NCBI GenBank assembly: GCA_020137815.1
Contig: CM035362.1
Location: 2,294,001-2,358,000 of the forward strand
Direction of reading: 5' to 3'
Source of the DNA: Hormiphora californensis
Lineage: Eukaryota > Animalia > Ctenophora
DNA length: 64,000 nucleotides
Shown: positions 46,361 to 58,100 of the stretch, piece by piece
Layout of the letters: each line of letters starts with the position of its first letter
How positions within the stretch are numbered: the stretch's first letter is position 1
Made by a program: the position numbers and the translations under genes
The notes under the pieces: model-generated
Databases searched by the model: none
What the model was told of the DNA's origin: nothing
The model's input: only the letters and a program-made list of their open reading frames with translations

Positions 46361-46536
46361 GGTGAACAAATCAGAGCGTGTTCTGTGGTTGTTTGAGTAA
46401 GGGGTGAACAAGTCAGAGCGTGATATTATAAGTGCTCTGTGGTTGTTTGAGTAAGGGGTGAACAAGTCAGAGCGTGTTCTGTGGTTGTTTGAGTAAGGGG
46501 TGAACAAGTCAGAGCGTGATATAAAGTGTTCTGTGG
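46361..46536. repeat. Irregular 44-54-bp tandem repeat, 4 copies
   Basis: Unit ggtgaacaagtcagagcgtg...ttctgtggttgtttgagtaagg. Confidence 0.8.
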
Positions 46537-46864
46537 TGCTTGAATGGTACCGGAGAAACTAAAATGTACCGCTAATTATTCCCACAATATGATAATTCGT
46601 TACATGAGAGAAATGACCGAGAATAATGAATCATGAGATCAGGCGACTGGCGAGATTGCGGTAAATCTTGTTTTCTCTGGGATATTGCAACCACTCAAGT
46701 GATTCACATGTTACATAATATGTTATATTGTTACATATTATGTAGGAAATAACCTTGATTTATGTAATGCAAATGACGCTATAAATATCCGGTCATATTT
46801 AACCGCACTGTGTCTCTCCTGGACTTCAGTTGGCACCTTGGATAACTTCACCACGTACAATGCA

Positions 46865-47046
46865 CCCTGGATAACTTCACTGCACGGGGCACCACGTACA
46901 ACTGGTTACAAAGTCACCCCTGAATAACTTCACTGCACGGGGCACCACGTACAATTGGTTACAAAGTCACCCCTGGATAACTTCACTGCACGGGGCACCA
47001 CGTACAATTGGTTACAAAGTCACCCCTGGATAACTTCATCACGTAC
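46865..47046. repeat. 53-bp minisatellite, about 3.5 copies
   Basis: Unit ccctggataacttcactgcacggggcaccacgtacaa(c/t)tggttacaaagtcac. Confidence 0.85.
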
Positions 47047-47767
47047 ACTCGAGAACCGCAGTCAGGGCATCGACCTGACAACACTACCTAGACTTCACCA
47101 CAGCGACCTGTCTAACTTGCGTCAGACCTGCGTCAGAAAGGGTCGAGGCGTACGGCACCAGACAGCTGAGACTGCCTGGATAACCACATACAGTCGGACC
47201 CCTATTTACCGAGATCCTCGGGGAAAGCCATTTTACAAAGTGAAGACTAGTAGTCGGGTGCAAACTAGACAATGTTTCCCTGCAAAACTGTAGTTTGAAC
47301 GAAAAACTTGCTATACCACTGACCACTGTTTGGTAGCACAGTTCAGGGGTTTGTGGTGCCAGACAGAGAATCGAGGGGGTACAAACAAAATATTTCGTTA
47401 TTTATGGTTGCAAAAAAAGGATTCTGAAATCATGTTACATCATAGAGTTTACATTGCACTGAAATCATTGACTGACTTAATTTATCTCGACTTACTACAC
47501 AGAAAACCTACACACACACATTTGTACACACAAACAATTTCGCAATTTGGGCTAGCAAAGACTAGATCTGATCTAGTAGGTCATCTCACAACATGGTTTA
47601 AAAAGAGAGCAAGAGAGCGAAAGACTTCTACAACAGTCTGCTAAAAAACTTTTTCCCAATACAAGTCATTTCCTAGTCCTCTAAAATTCTCAACCTCTCT
47701 CTCTCTCCCAATTGTTCACAGGCTGTCTGATCAGGGTCATGCTGCTGGATCAGGTTTTCATGGGTTT

Positions 47768-48230
47768 CTACTCGCTGGAACCCTTGCCACTGTTCTCATT
47801 GGCTAGTAACACTCGGTAAAACCCAGTCCCCAGAGCCGTGGCCAGTTGGACAGCCATCGAGATAACAAACAGTACCCTGAGGGGGATATGAAGTGTGTTA
47901 GGAGATAACAAACAGTACCCTCAGGGGGAAATGAACATCAGTTAGGACTTAGGGCTGGGAGGGTGAATGCTACTGAATGGTGGCAAATCAGAGGGTACAG
48001 AGGATTTGGTATTTTTGTGTTGCAAAAAGGATTATAATGTTCATCAAACAAATGCAAATTCCAACTAACTCTAAATCCAACTAACTCTAAATCTAACTAT
48101 TGATCGTGTTTAGAAACTGGGGCATGGTTTGATGTCTCCTGAGTTGGAGGGACTGCGAGGAATTCTGTCCGGTCAATGATCTCAGAAGGTATTTTAAAAA
48201 CAAGCTATCTTACCAAGAGGAAGACTTCAT
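47768..48230 (-). CDS. Candidate 41-aa secreted peptide precursor, 2 coding exons
   Basis: ATGAAGTCTTCCTCTTG|gtaag (48230-48214) splices to ccctcag|G GTA CTG... (47876-47768), giving MKSSSWVLFVISMAVQLATALGTGFYRVLLANENSGKGSSE*. Confidence 0.45.
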
Positions 48231-48374
48231 TGCGTTGGTGGGTCCTCTGTTCTCTCAAATCTTAGGGAGCTGGTGAAACAGATTTGTTGAGGTTGATTTG
48301 AAACTGAGCTATTGCTCTTAACTATCCCTCTATTTGTACTATCCATAATACATCTAACACCTTCATCTATCTCC

Positions 48375-48457
<83 letters not shown>

Positions 48458-49140
48458 TCGCTCTATTGTTTGTATCGGGTCACTATATCACCACTTGTTA
48501 TACCCTCCGTTATTTGTAACAAACAAGCATCGTGTCTCTCCCACCGCGTACAAGCTATCTGTCTCTGTCTCTGTCTCCTCTCTCTTGGCTTGGTCTTGCG
48601 GAGAGGTGCGAGATGTTACGCGCGACAACTTGAAGACAAAGAAATGGCGCGCGGCACATATCACGTGGTCACGACGCATCGCGAGATACGATGCGAAAAA
48701 GGGATCACAATATCACATGATATTGATAACAAGATACCAGAGGTGTGATGCAGATGCTGCTTTTGCAGCAGCTTTTTTAAAGCGCTATTGGAATCGCTTG
48801 TAGGTGAGAAAAACTTGTGGGCTCACACTTGTTGAGTAAGGGGTGGACCCTTTACTTTGTTGAGTAAAGCACACCGCATATTATTTCGCTCTCTATGTGC
48901 CGCTCTCTGTGAGGGTTCGTTGCCTTCCTCGACCATATTCATGATGTTGTAACATTAAAAGTGTCCGGTAGATCAAAGAAAAACCAGCGAATAAGGGGTG
49001 TTTCAAAAAAATCCAAACATCATAATCAACATCAATTGGGTGTCCAGCTTTTTCACTGCCAGTGACTCTGACACAGTCACGAATTTATATACGGAAGTAG
49101 GCTCTCAATCATAAACAATCAATTAACATATCTTTCACTC

Positions 49141-52100
49141 TCATGTTGTATATTTCTGTTTGCGTAAAAAAGATTTTCCGAGTTTATGTTTTTTGTCCGT
49201 TAACTGAACCGAACTTGGTCTACTGACCCCACTGTCTGTCACTACCGCCCCCGAGAGTTCTTCTCTTAGACTCGAGCTGGATTTATACTTTTGGTTTGCA
49301 CGGAGAAGGAGTTTAGATTTTGAGGTTGTGCTGGGGGTGGAGGAGACGTAGGCTGCTCGACGCATTGCTTCAGTAACCAGGAACCCCGCCTCTCTGTCAT
49401 TTCTTACCTGAGAATAGTTGGAACCCGGGTCAAATTTAGAGTTCTGAACATAATGACCACATGTGTTATATATTAATAGGGATCTCTAAAAAAGTTCGAT
49501 AGTAGACAGTTGGGTGATCGGATAACTGTTTATTAGCCTCATGTTTGATATCAGAGTTTTGTTTATTCTCTCTGTGGCTGGACAATGAATCAGAAGGGTA
49601 TAATGACGCTACCAGTTTCGCGGATCTACCTCTTCATCGGCTACAAAAATAAATAGTGTGAATTATAAATATATATAAAAATTAAAATCACACACGTAAT
49701 CAAAAAATTATAAATCAGCACTAAATCATAAACTAACCACTGTAAGCAGGGAGCAAGTCTCATATGAACAGTACAGAGTTGAACTGAAGTACCGTTACAC
49801 TACAGCAGGTGAGGATTGAGTGATAAACCACTCATCCTCCCCCCGTTGATCTCAACCTACGATGCCCATCCACCACAGAACGCCTGGAATATTTTTTTTT
49901 TTTTGGGGGGGCTGCGGGGGGTTTGTGTTTTTGCTAACCCTACTATATTATTCAAAAACTATTTACAACCTCATTAACCAAAACCACATTACATATTTAA
50001 ACCAATCAATAAACACGTTTCACATAACAACTAACCAGTAACAAACCCTCAACAACAATTACTTAGTATAAAACAGGTACCTCCATAGATCGGCACTCTT
50101 GGAAGAGGACCACTAACCCACACCCCACCCCACACCAAGACACTGGGCAGAGGGCAGGCCCCCTGCACCACCCTCCCTTCGAGCTCATCGGATAGCGCTG
50201 CGTGCCATCTACCGCCCCACCACACATTCAGATTCCCCCATCCTCAGCATCCCCCCAGGACAACCAGTCATCCTTCCCCTTCATCTCCACCCCAGCCACC
50301 ATTTTACCAAACTTCACGTTCCAGCCCTAGTCCCAGCCCAGCTCATCTGAACCGACAGAAAACAGATGTGCCCACTGCAAGAGAACAATCAGGTCAACAC
50401 TACACCCAATTGAATGCACACATTCCACCCCCTTTCCATAATGTTGCACGAACAACCCAGCTCATTCCAGGAAGCAGTCCTAAGGGACAACCAACTGGGA
50501 ACGTGACCCTGCACAATCCGTCTCCGAGCCCAGAACGCTCCAACACCCACAATCATCACCCGAGACATCCATTAGTTGACGACCAGCACCACATCCCTTA
50601 GAATTATGCAGTGGAACTCTGGTGGACTAGCCCGGACAGCAGGCGAACTGAGGAAGAGACTGAATCCAGTTAATCGACATCTTCCATGATCCAAGACCAA
50701 ACTCAGAACAAGACATAACTCCCCACTTTCCGGTTTACTCGCCCCTCCCCAAGACAGTGCGAGGAATCGGAGGGGGGCTCCTTACGCTCATCCGCACGAA
50801 TCTCTTTTGAAGACCCGGTGGGCATCAGGACGGGACGGGAGGGTCATACAGGTGCAAGGATTAAGTTTGTGAGGAATCGCTGGGCGACCACTCGCAAATG
50901 TATACTGCCCCCCCAACAACTGTTAGGTTAGGCAGTAACCACACTCCTGAGAACCGACATCCTACCCACCGGACGAATACTCCATAATTGCAGGCGCCCT
51001 AAACCCCCTCCACCTCTGGGACTCGATCCCAGCCAGAGGACCAACGGGGTGGAGTCATTGAAGACCTAGCGTAGAGAGGATTGACACTAGCTTTAACGAG
51101 AGGAGACCAACAGGTGAACCCTGCACCGGCACTGAGACTCCCCGACCGTAACACTCGTGGGGAAGAATGGCTGATAGAGCAGACTGGCATCCCGACCAAG
51201 ACCTTGGATCTGATCACCTTCCCATCATATTCAACATCAAATCCAAACTCGCCTACAACACAATACAGTCGACCTCCCAAGTGGATAGCAAATGTTGACC
51301 TTTCCGCTTCACAGCCGAGCTAGAGAACGACTTCCTGGACTTGAGGAGGACCAACCATCCATAGAAGGGTGAGAAGATTACAGTAAAAGTGATCAAAAGC
51401 GGCAAACATATGTAGGGAAACAGTACCAGGAAAGAGGCGTAAGGGTACGATGAACCCCAGAGTAAGAGATCCGTGCAAAAAGGAACACCTTAGAGAGAAC
51501 GTGAAGACCACAGAGAAGAATGGATTGAGGCATGCCACAACGCCGCCAACCTGATGGACGAAGCAAAACTGGACCGGTGGGAGGAACTCTTGCTGAGCAG
51601 AGATGCATGATCCCCAGCTATTGGTAGGCTCGTGCCTCCCTCAATTGATGCCCGGACACCACCAACCCAACGAAGCCCTGTCTCCACAACGGCCGACCAT
51701 CACAACAATAGAGAGAAGGCCGATATTTGCTTCCCATTACGCCCGTGTTAGTTCCCTGAACATAACAGACCAGAACGTACAAGACCACCCTGAAGCTCAA
51801 CGGATCCTCGAGGAAAACCAACTGGAGAAGACGAAGTAAAGCTCCAGCTAGCTCCCCCTTTACACTGAAGAGCTAGCAGACTATAAAGAAAAGCAAGAAA
51901 AGGGCGCACCGGGCCCAGAGATACTACCACCTGCTTTCATCAAAGCCCTGGGAGCAACGCCCTGGAAGAACTCCTTTGCCATCTTTAACCAGTCCCTGCC
52001 TCCAACAATCTGCCCCATTTTGGAGGACTGCCTCGATCATCCCCCTGTTAGGCCTGGCAAGCCAGCCAAGTCCTACGTCATACAGGCCAATCAGCCTCAC

Positions 52101-55100
52101 TTCATTGTGTGGTGAAGACAGCAAGAGAATGATATCGGAGCAGAATCTACACCTCGCAGAGACGTAGGCTGGTTCCATCGCCTCCAGCTGGGTTCCGGAG
52201 AGGACGATGCTGTGAAGACCAGATACTCCGCGGTCCCAATCTATAGATGATGGCTTCCAATCCAAACCCTCCAACGAAACAGTATGTCACTACTAGACCT
52301 ATCCAGGCTTATGACAAGGTCTGAGGGATAAGCTCCTCCTGACCATGTACAACAAGGATTACCCAACCCCTTATTCGCTGGCTGCGATGCTTCCTGAAAC
52401 AATAGACTTGCCAGAGTTAACTACATAACTCCCACAGCCCCTACTACCTCAGGGCAAGGACTACCACAAGGGTCTGTTTGGCCCCACTGCTATTCTGTTT
52501 TATTCAACACACTTGCAGAGAACTCCCAGAGGACACTGTCACTCACGATTTGCTGACGATTGTACAGCACCGGTATCGGCTCCACACTCGGGAAGCCGCC
52601 CGTAGCTGCCGAGGGCGGTTACATGAGTAGTGGGGTGGTGCAGGGAATATAAGATGATACTGAGTGACAAGAGCGTCAGCACCTTCTTTACACATCGAGT
52701 AACGAAGCCACTGGAGACCCTCTCTGCAGCGGGGGAGATCATTCTTTCTTATGACCCGACACCGAGACTCTTGGGAGTTATCCTGGATAGACAGCCCCTT
52801 GGTCCTCACGTCAAGTCACTGAAGGAGAAGATACAACCCAAGTGTCGAATCCTAGCAGCCCTCAGAACACCACCTGGGGATGGAGGAAGACCAGTCTGCT
52901 AAAGGTGTACAATACGCACCTCCGAAGTGTACTGACTACCCGCTAGCGCCTGGCAGCCGTGGATTTCTGATACAAACAGAAAAAACCCTTGAAACCCTAC
53001 AGAACAAAGCTTTACGTCTAATCACAGGCCAGTACAGCTCCACCCCCTTGAGCTTTAAGACTAGAGCAGGAGTGCAAGCTACACAACACAATCCAAGAGG
53101 CTCCTGCTACGGCCAGCGAAAAGGCCCTCAGATCCCACAGGATCACCCGCGCCGGCTAGCGGTTGAGGGAAGTAGCACACGCTAAGTAGGCCTAGCTTCC
53201 GGACCAGATCTAAGACCTCCAATCCCACCTCCCAGCCACATTCGAGAATCAGAGAGGAGCTCTCCTACTCCACACCCCCCCTGGATGGGAGGGAACACAC
53301 GACCATCCACCAAACACCGGGCGGAGTGACAAAAAATACCCTCCCGCGGATGACCTGAGAACCCTCACACTGTCGACCATCGGTGCACAAGGCAGAGGTA
53401 ACGATATACACAGATGGATCGGCAGAGGAGGGTACGCCAACGGAGCATTGGTATGGTGGCAACCCTGGACCCCCAGAAACCCCACCGTCATTGACACCAT
53501 CAAGACTAGAGGAACGACCTCACACCCCTCATCTTTGGGAGGAGCTAGAAGCTATGAGGACAGCGCCTCTTGCTCCACTCCCCACCCCCAGTATTGGAGA
53601 GTGCTAATCTGTACCGATAGCAAATCACTATGCATACATGACAAGTACAAACCCAACATCGACAATTGCCGGTATTACTACACAGTATGGGTGGATGCAA
53701 AGCAGACATTACCATTCATTGGATCCCCAGCCATGGGATGTTCCCGGTAACGACATCTTAAGGCACCAAGGACGCAACCACCCTGGAAACGAGATCAGGG
53801 TGAGAGGCCAGTATCCTTCGCACGCCGTGAAGGCCCACATACGCGGTGATAAGGACGAGCCGGTACAACACCAGCGGACTGCAAACCTACAAAAACATAA
53901 TAAAGACACGACAAAGACATAACGACGAGAAAGACCAGGTACTCATAGCTCGTCCCGATCGGGCCACCACAATGGTTCCGAGCCTACCAACACCGGATGA
54001 TGAGGCCTGAGCCCGGAATGTCCATACTGTCCAGGACAACAACAGGACCTCAACATTGGATGCAGGACTGCTCCCGAACCTTGGCGAGAGAATGAGGTTA
54101 TTCGGGACGACTCGGACGACACTCGACCTACTTACGTCCGACCCGGGGAGATCAGTGGAGCTGGCGAGGAGGACTTTAGGCCCTCCTCGGCTCTAATCTC
54201 CCTAGAACAACAACAACAACAACAGCAACTAAATATTAAATTAAATATCTCGTAAGTTCGGAACATTCCTCTTTATTGTTCATACCAGGTCTCAGTTTCT
54301 GTATATACATGGCCTCTAAAATTTTCCTCTTTAAAATGTTTCTCTCGGTGGTTAATATCTTAAAACTGAGTTTAGGGGGTGTGTTTTTATGACGTGATGT
54401 GTAATGAATGGCTAGAGGGGTATCAATGTAGCTCGGCGCATTAGGATTGTTAGCATTGCGGGAATGTTCTGACAATCTGTCGTGTACCGACCTACAAGAC
54501 TCTCCCACATAGATTTCAGGGGGGGTTCCGGCCGGAATTTATGAGGATTTTTGAGGTCACCTCAAAAATCCTCATTTATTATTTGCTGGACAAGCCCTCA
54601 AAAATCCTCAATAATCCTCAAAAATCCTCAAAAATTTTTCGTTCTATTTAAACATAAACACAGCAAATGCCTGATAAAAACAATAATAGATTATATTTTA
54701 GAGGTATAAAATGCACTGATTATCAATTCAAGTGCTCTTGCCTGTGCTCTTTGGCTTCCCACACTTGAAGCACTGCTTTCTTTTAGCAAAGTTATTAACT
54801 TCACATGCTTGACAAGACCCCGGTGCCCAGATTTTCAAAATTTTAGATACATACGATTTTCAGTCAAATATGCGGCCAACTTTGTCCCAAAAATCAACGA
54901 TTTTGCTGCCTAGTAAGATAAATGTCTAGAAAATTTTTAGAAATCATTTATAAATAATTTATAAAGTTTTCAAAAATTTAAAAAAAGTGTCCCCACCCGG
55001 GCCTGGTCGGGAATCGAACCCGGGCCTCACGCGTCAGAGTGGAGGCAGCACAAATTTACCCCATATTTACATTGACGATTTCGCCTCATTTTGAGGACTT

Positions 55101-58100
55101 TTGAGGATGTTTTTAGGGCCATCACCAGGGTATCTGGGAAAATTGTCTAACTGTTTTACTCCTATTAAGGAATGTGTATGCCCAATAATATGCGTAATCG
55201 TCAAAACTGTTGTAAAAACTATAAAATAATTGTTGAGGATTGTTGAGGATTATTGAGGATTTTTGAGGATTTTTGAGGGCCCTCATTAATTCGAAAAACG
55301 CTGGACAAGACCTCATCCTCATTAATTATTGGCCGGCACCCCCCCAGATTTCACCACACAATAAACATGTTATCTGGTACACTGGTGACATGGTGTTACA
55401 CGAGCCCTTCTCGAGTCTTTCACAAATATTACAATTTTTCGCAAGACACTCTAGATTGTCGTGAGGTCGTGAGCTACATAGCATGTCTCTCAAGCGGGTG
55501 CCTGGGGTGAAGACTAAATCGATTGGCAGAGCTCTGGCGGTGATAAACTTACGTATTTCACCACTCACAGTTTCAGAAACATACGGTAATTTCAACATCA
55601 CATTGTTATTACCCTTTGTCAACCTACCCCGGGTTCTCTGTTCTCCAAATTGTCTGGGGTGTTCATACCCATTAGCTAAAAGAAGTCTGTCAGTAATGGC
55701 TAAGGACTGTTCCAATAATTCCGGGTTAGATGATGAGATCTCAGCAGTTCTGTAGAAGTTGCGTACTGTCTGCACTTTCGTTTCCAGAGGATGGTGAGAC
55801 CGGAAGTGCAGGGTGATGTCCTTTCTCGTACCTTTTCGATAGAACTTAGATTCCAGCTTATCATCAGTAATTCGAATCTCAGTGCCAAGGAATGGTGTAA
55901 AATCTCCGTCCTCAGGAAAATCCACCTCCCATTTTAATAATTCTCTCGGATCTTGTCGGGCAATGTTATTGAAAAGAGAGATGGCGGTTTCCCTGTTATC
56001 TGCGAGCGTCCAGGCATCATCAATGTACCGGCCGTACAATGATAAAGAGATGAATTTCACGTCGGTATATATGGTTGCCCTCTCAAATTTGTAAACTCGA
56101 ATAACTGCAGCAATAGGACTTGGTCGACAGCCCATAAACAAACCAACCAACTGTTTGTATACTCTACCACAGTAAGTGAAGTAGGAGTTAGTTAGCACCA
56201 ATTCCAGGATCTGGTGTACGTCACAGAGGTGCAACTCACGGAGATTCAGGAGCTCTCTATTCTCAGCAGCAAAGTCAATGACATCCTTCACACAATCCTC
56301 GATCACAAGATTGGTGTATAGAGCTGAAATGTCTGCTGAGCAGAAGTGCTTACCCTTCAGCTGTTCTGGTGGGAGTTCAGCTAACTGTTTGAGGTGCGTG
56401 TGTATGTTGCTCAGATGACTGGGGATCAGATTCAGGAGGGGACTCAGGATCTGGGTTACCAGAGCAGCCAATTTCTCCGAGGGGGATCCGACACATGACA
56501 CAATTGGCCGCACCTTCCCTTGCTCTAAGATGTCTGTTGGAGAGCATAGGGAGTCAGCATTGAACTTATGGGTCTTTACGAGAACATACATACATGGCAG
56601 ACGAGTGTTGGTCGTCTTTAGTGCCTTGTACATTTGATCCCCAAAACCTCTCGACACACAGATATCTCCCCACAGGTGCTGATTTATAATTTTTGATTGA
56701 CGTGTGTGATTTTAGTTTTTACTATATATTTATAATTAACACTATTTATTTTTGTAGCCCGATGAAGAGGTAGATCCTCGAAACTGGTAGCGTCATTATA
56801 CCCGTCTGATTCATTTGTCCAGCCACAGAGAGAATAACAAAAACTCTGAATACTAAAAAAGTTCAGTACATATTTACACCGCCGCTCTGGGTGTAACGAC
56901 TGTGTAAAGACTGTGTAAACGCTGTGTAAATACTGAACTTTTTTAGGCATCCCTATGGACAAACCAACAAAAAGTCAGACATAACAATGTCAGATAAACC
57001 AATTGGACACGTACCTGTTGTCTCTCCTCCGTTAACATGTCCATCCATTTCCGTTTCTCAGCGGGGTGTTTACAGAACAAGACTATCCATTTCTGTTTCA
57101 CAGGATTCTCCATTCTCCAACCATTACACACACCCGCCTCTGAAATGGGGGTGATAATCATGTCAGATATTATTCATGAGCTGGCCCCATTCCCTAAAGT
57201 CCTTAGCACGAATTTACTGAATACTGATAACCCTACAAAATACCCGAAAGCTATCCCAAAAGTATACCACCAACCTGAGTTATCTGGTAGATCAACTATT
57301 CGACACTGATCAATGTTAATCCGACCCTTGTACTGTAACCGTCCACTTCCCAGTAACTTCCTACAGTACACTAGCTGGTGGTCGAATAGGAAGAACCTCC
57401 TGGTCTGTTTGTTACCTGGATGGGAGAGAAGGTTCGGTTAAATGAGTCATCTGTAAGTTAGTACCTCATGACCTGTCTGGCGCCGCGACCCATCTGAGCG
57501 CACTGTCGCGCGCCCAATTTGAGAATCAAATGGGGTATAATGGCGCCGCCATACAGCTCATGACAGACTGTCTGGCGGTGCCGACCCGATCTGAGCGCAC
57601 TTTCGTGGATCAAAACAGGGTCTATCGTCGCCAGACAGGTAACACATGTAGTTATAACAAGAGCTCATAGCATAGCTTCAAGGATGAAAGTGGCAAAGTC
57701 GGGTGGTATAGATCTACCTGCACTAATTTTAGTAAGACTCCCACTGTGGATTAGTATAGAGGAATCCTTCAGCAGATCATCTCCCCTCCAATCTTCCACT
57801 GTGGCCTGCCACTGAGCCAGTTTGTTGATCCCCTCTGCCCTTCTTTTCCTCTCATTTACTGTTGTGGCCACCCCCTTCATTATTGACTCAGCTTCCAGTA
57901 CCTGTGGAGGTTAAAATAGTTGTATATTCCAAACGTAGCAGGAACCGACCGAAACAAGTAAACAACCAATCAGAACTCGTTATTTAGGTCACGTGACTGG
58001 TTATCATCCAATCAGGGACCAGTATTTCCTGATTCGGTCGGTTCCTGAAACGTAGGCACGGTGTGCTCTGCCGAACCCTCAGAGCGTAAAATAAAATGAA

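Larger units (their letters stand above)
49551..56849 (-). mobile_element. 5'-truncated Penelope-like retroelement with inverted terminal repeats (pLTRs), interrupted by two later insertions
   Basis: RT ORF 56657-55354 ([34 protein letters not shown]) joins the GIY-YIG region ([12 protein letters not shown]|YVGES...RLSEH...LEAMYI) once 54519-55345 is removed. 49551-49721 is the reverse complement of 56676-56849. Confidence 0.9.

Noticed and set aside
46361-47046. CRISPR-like arrays
   Set aside because: They are head-to-tail tandem units with no unique spacers, in a eukaryotic context with no cas genes.
55002-55070. Functional tRNA gene
   Set aside because: Only the T-arm/B box is recognisable and no cloverleaf forms.
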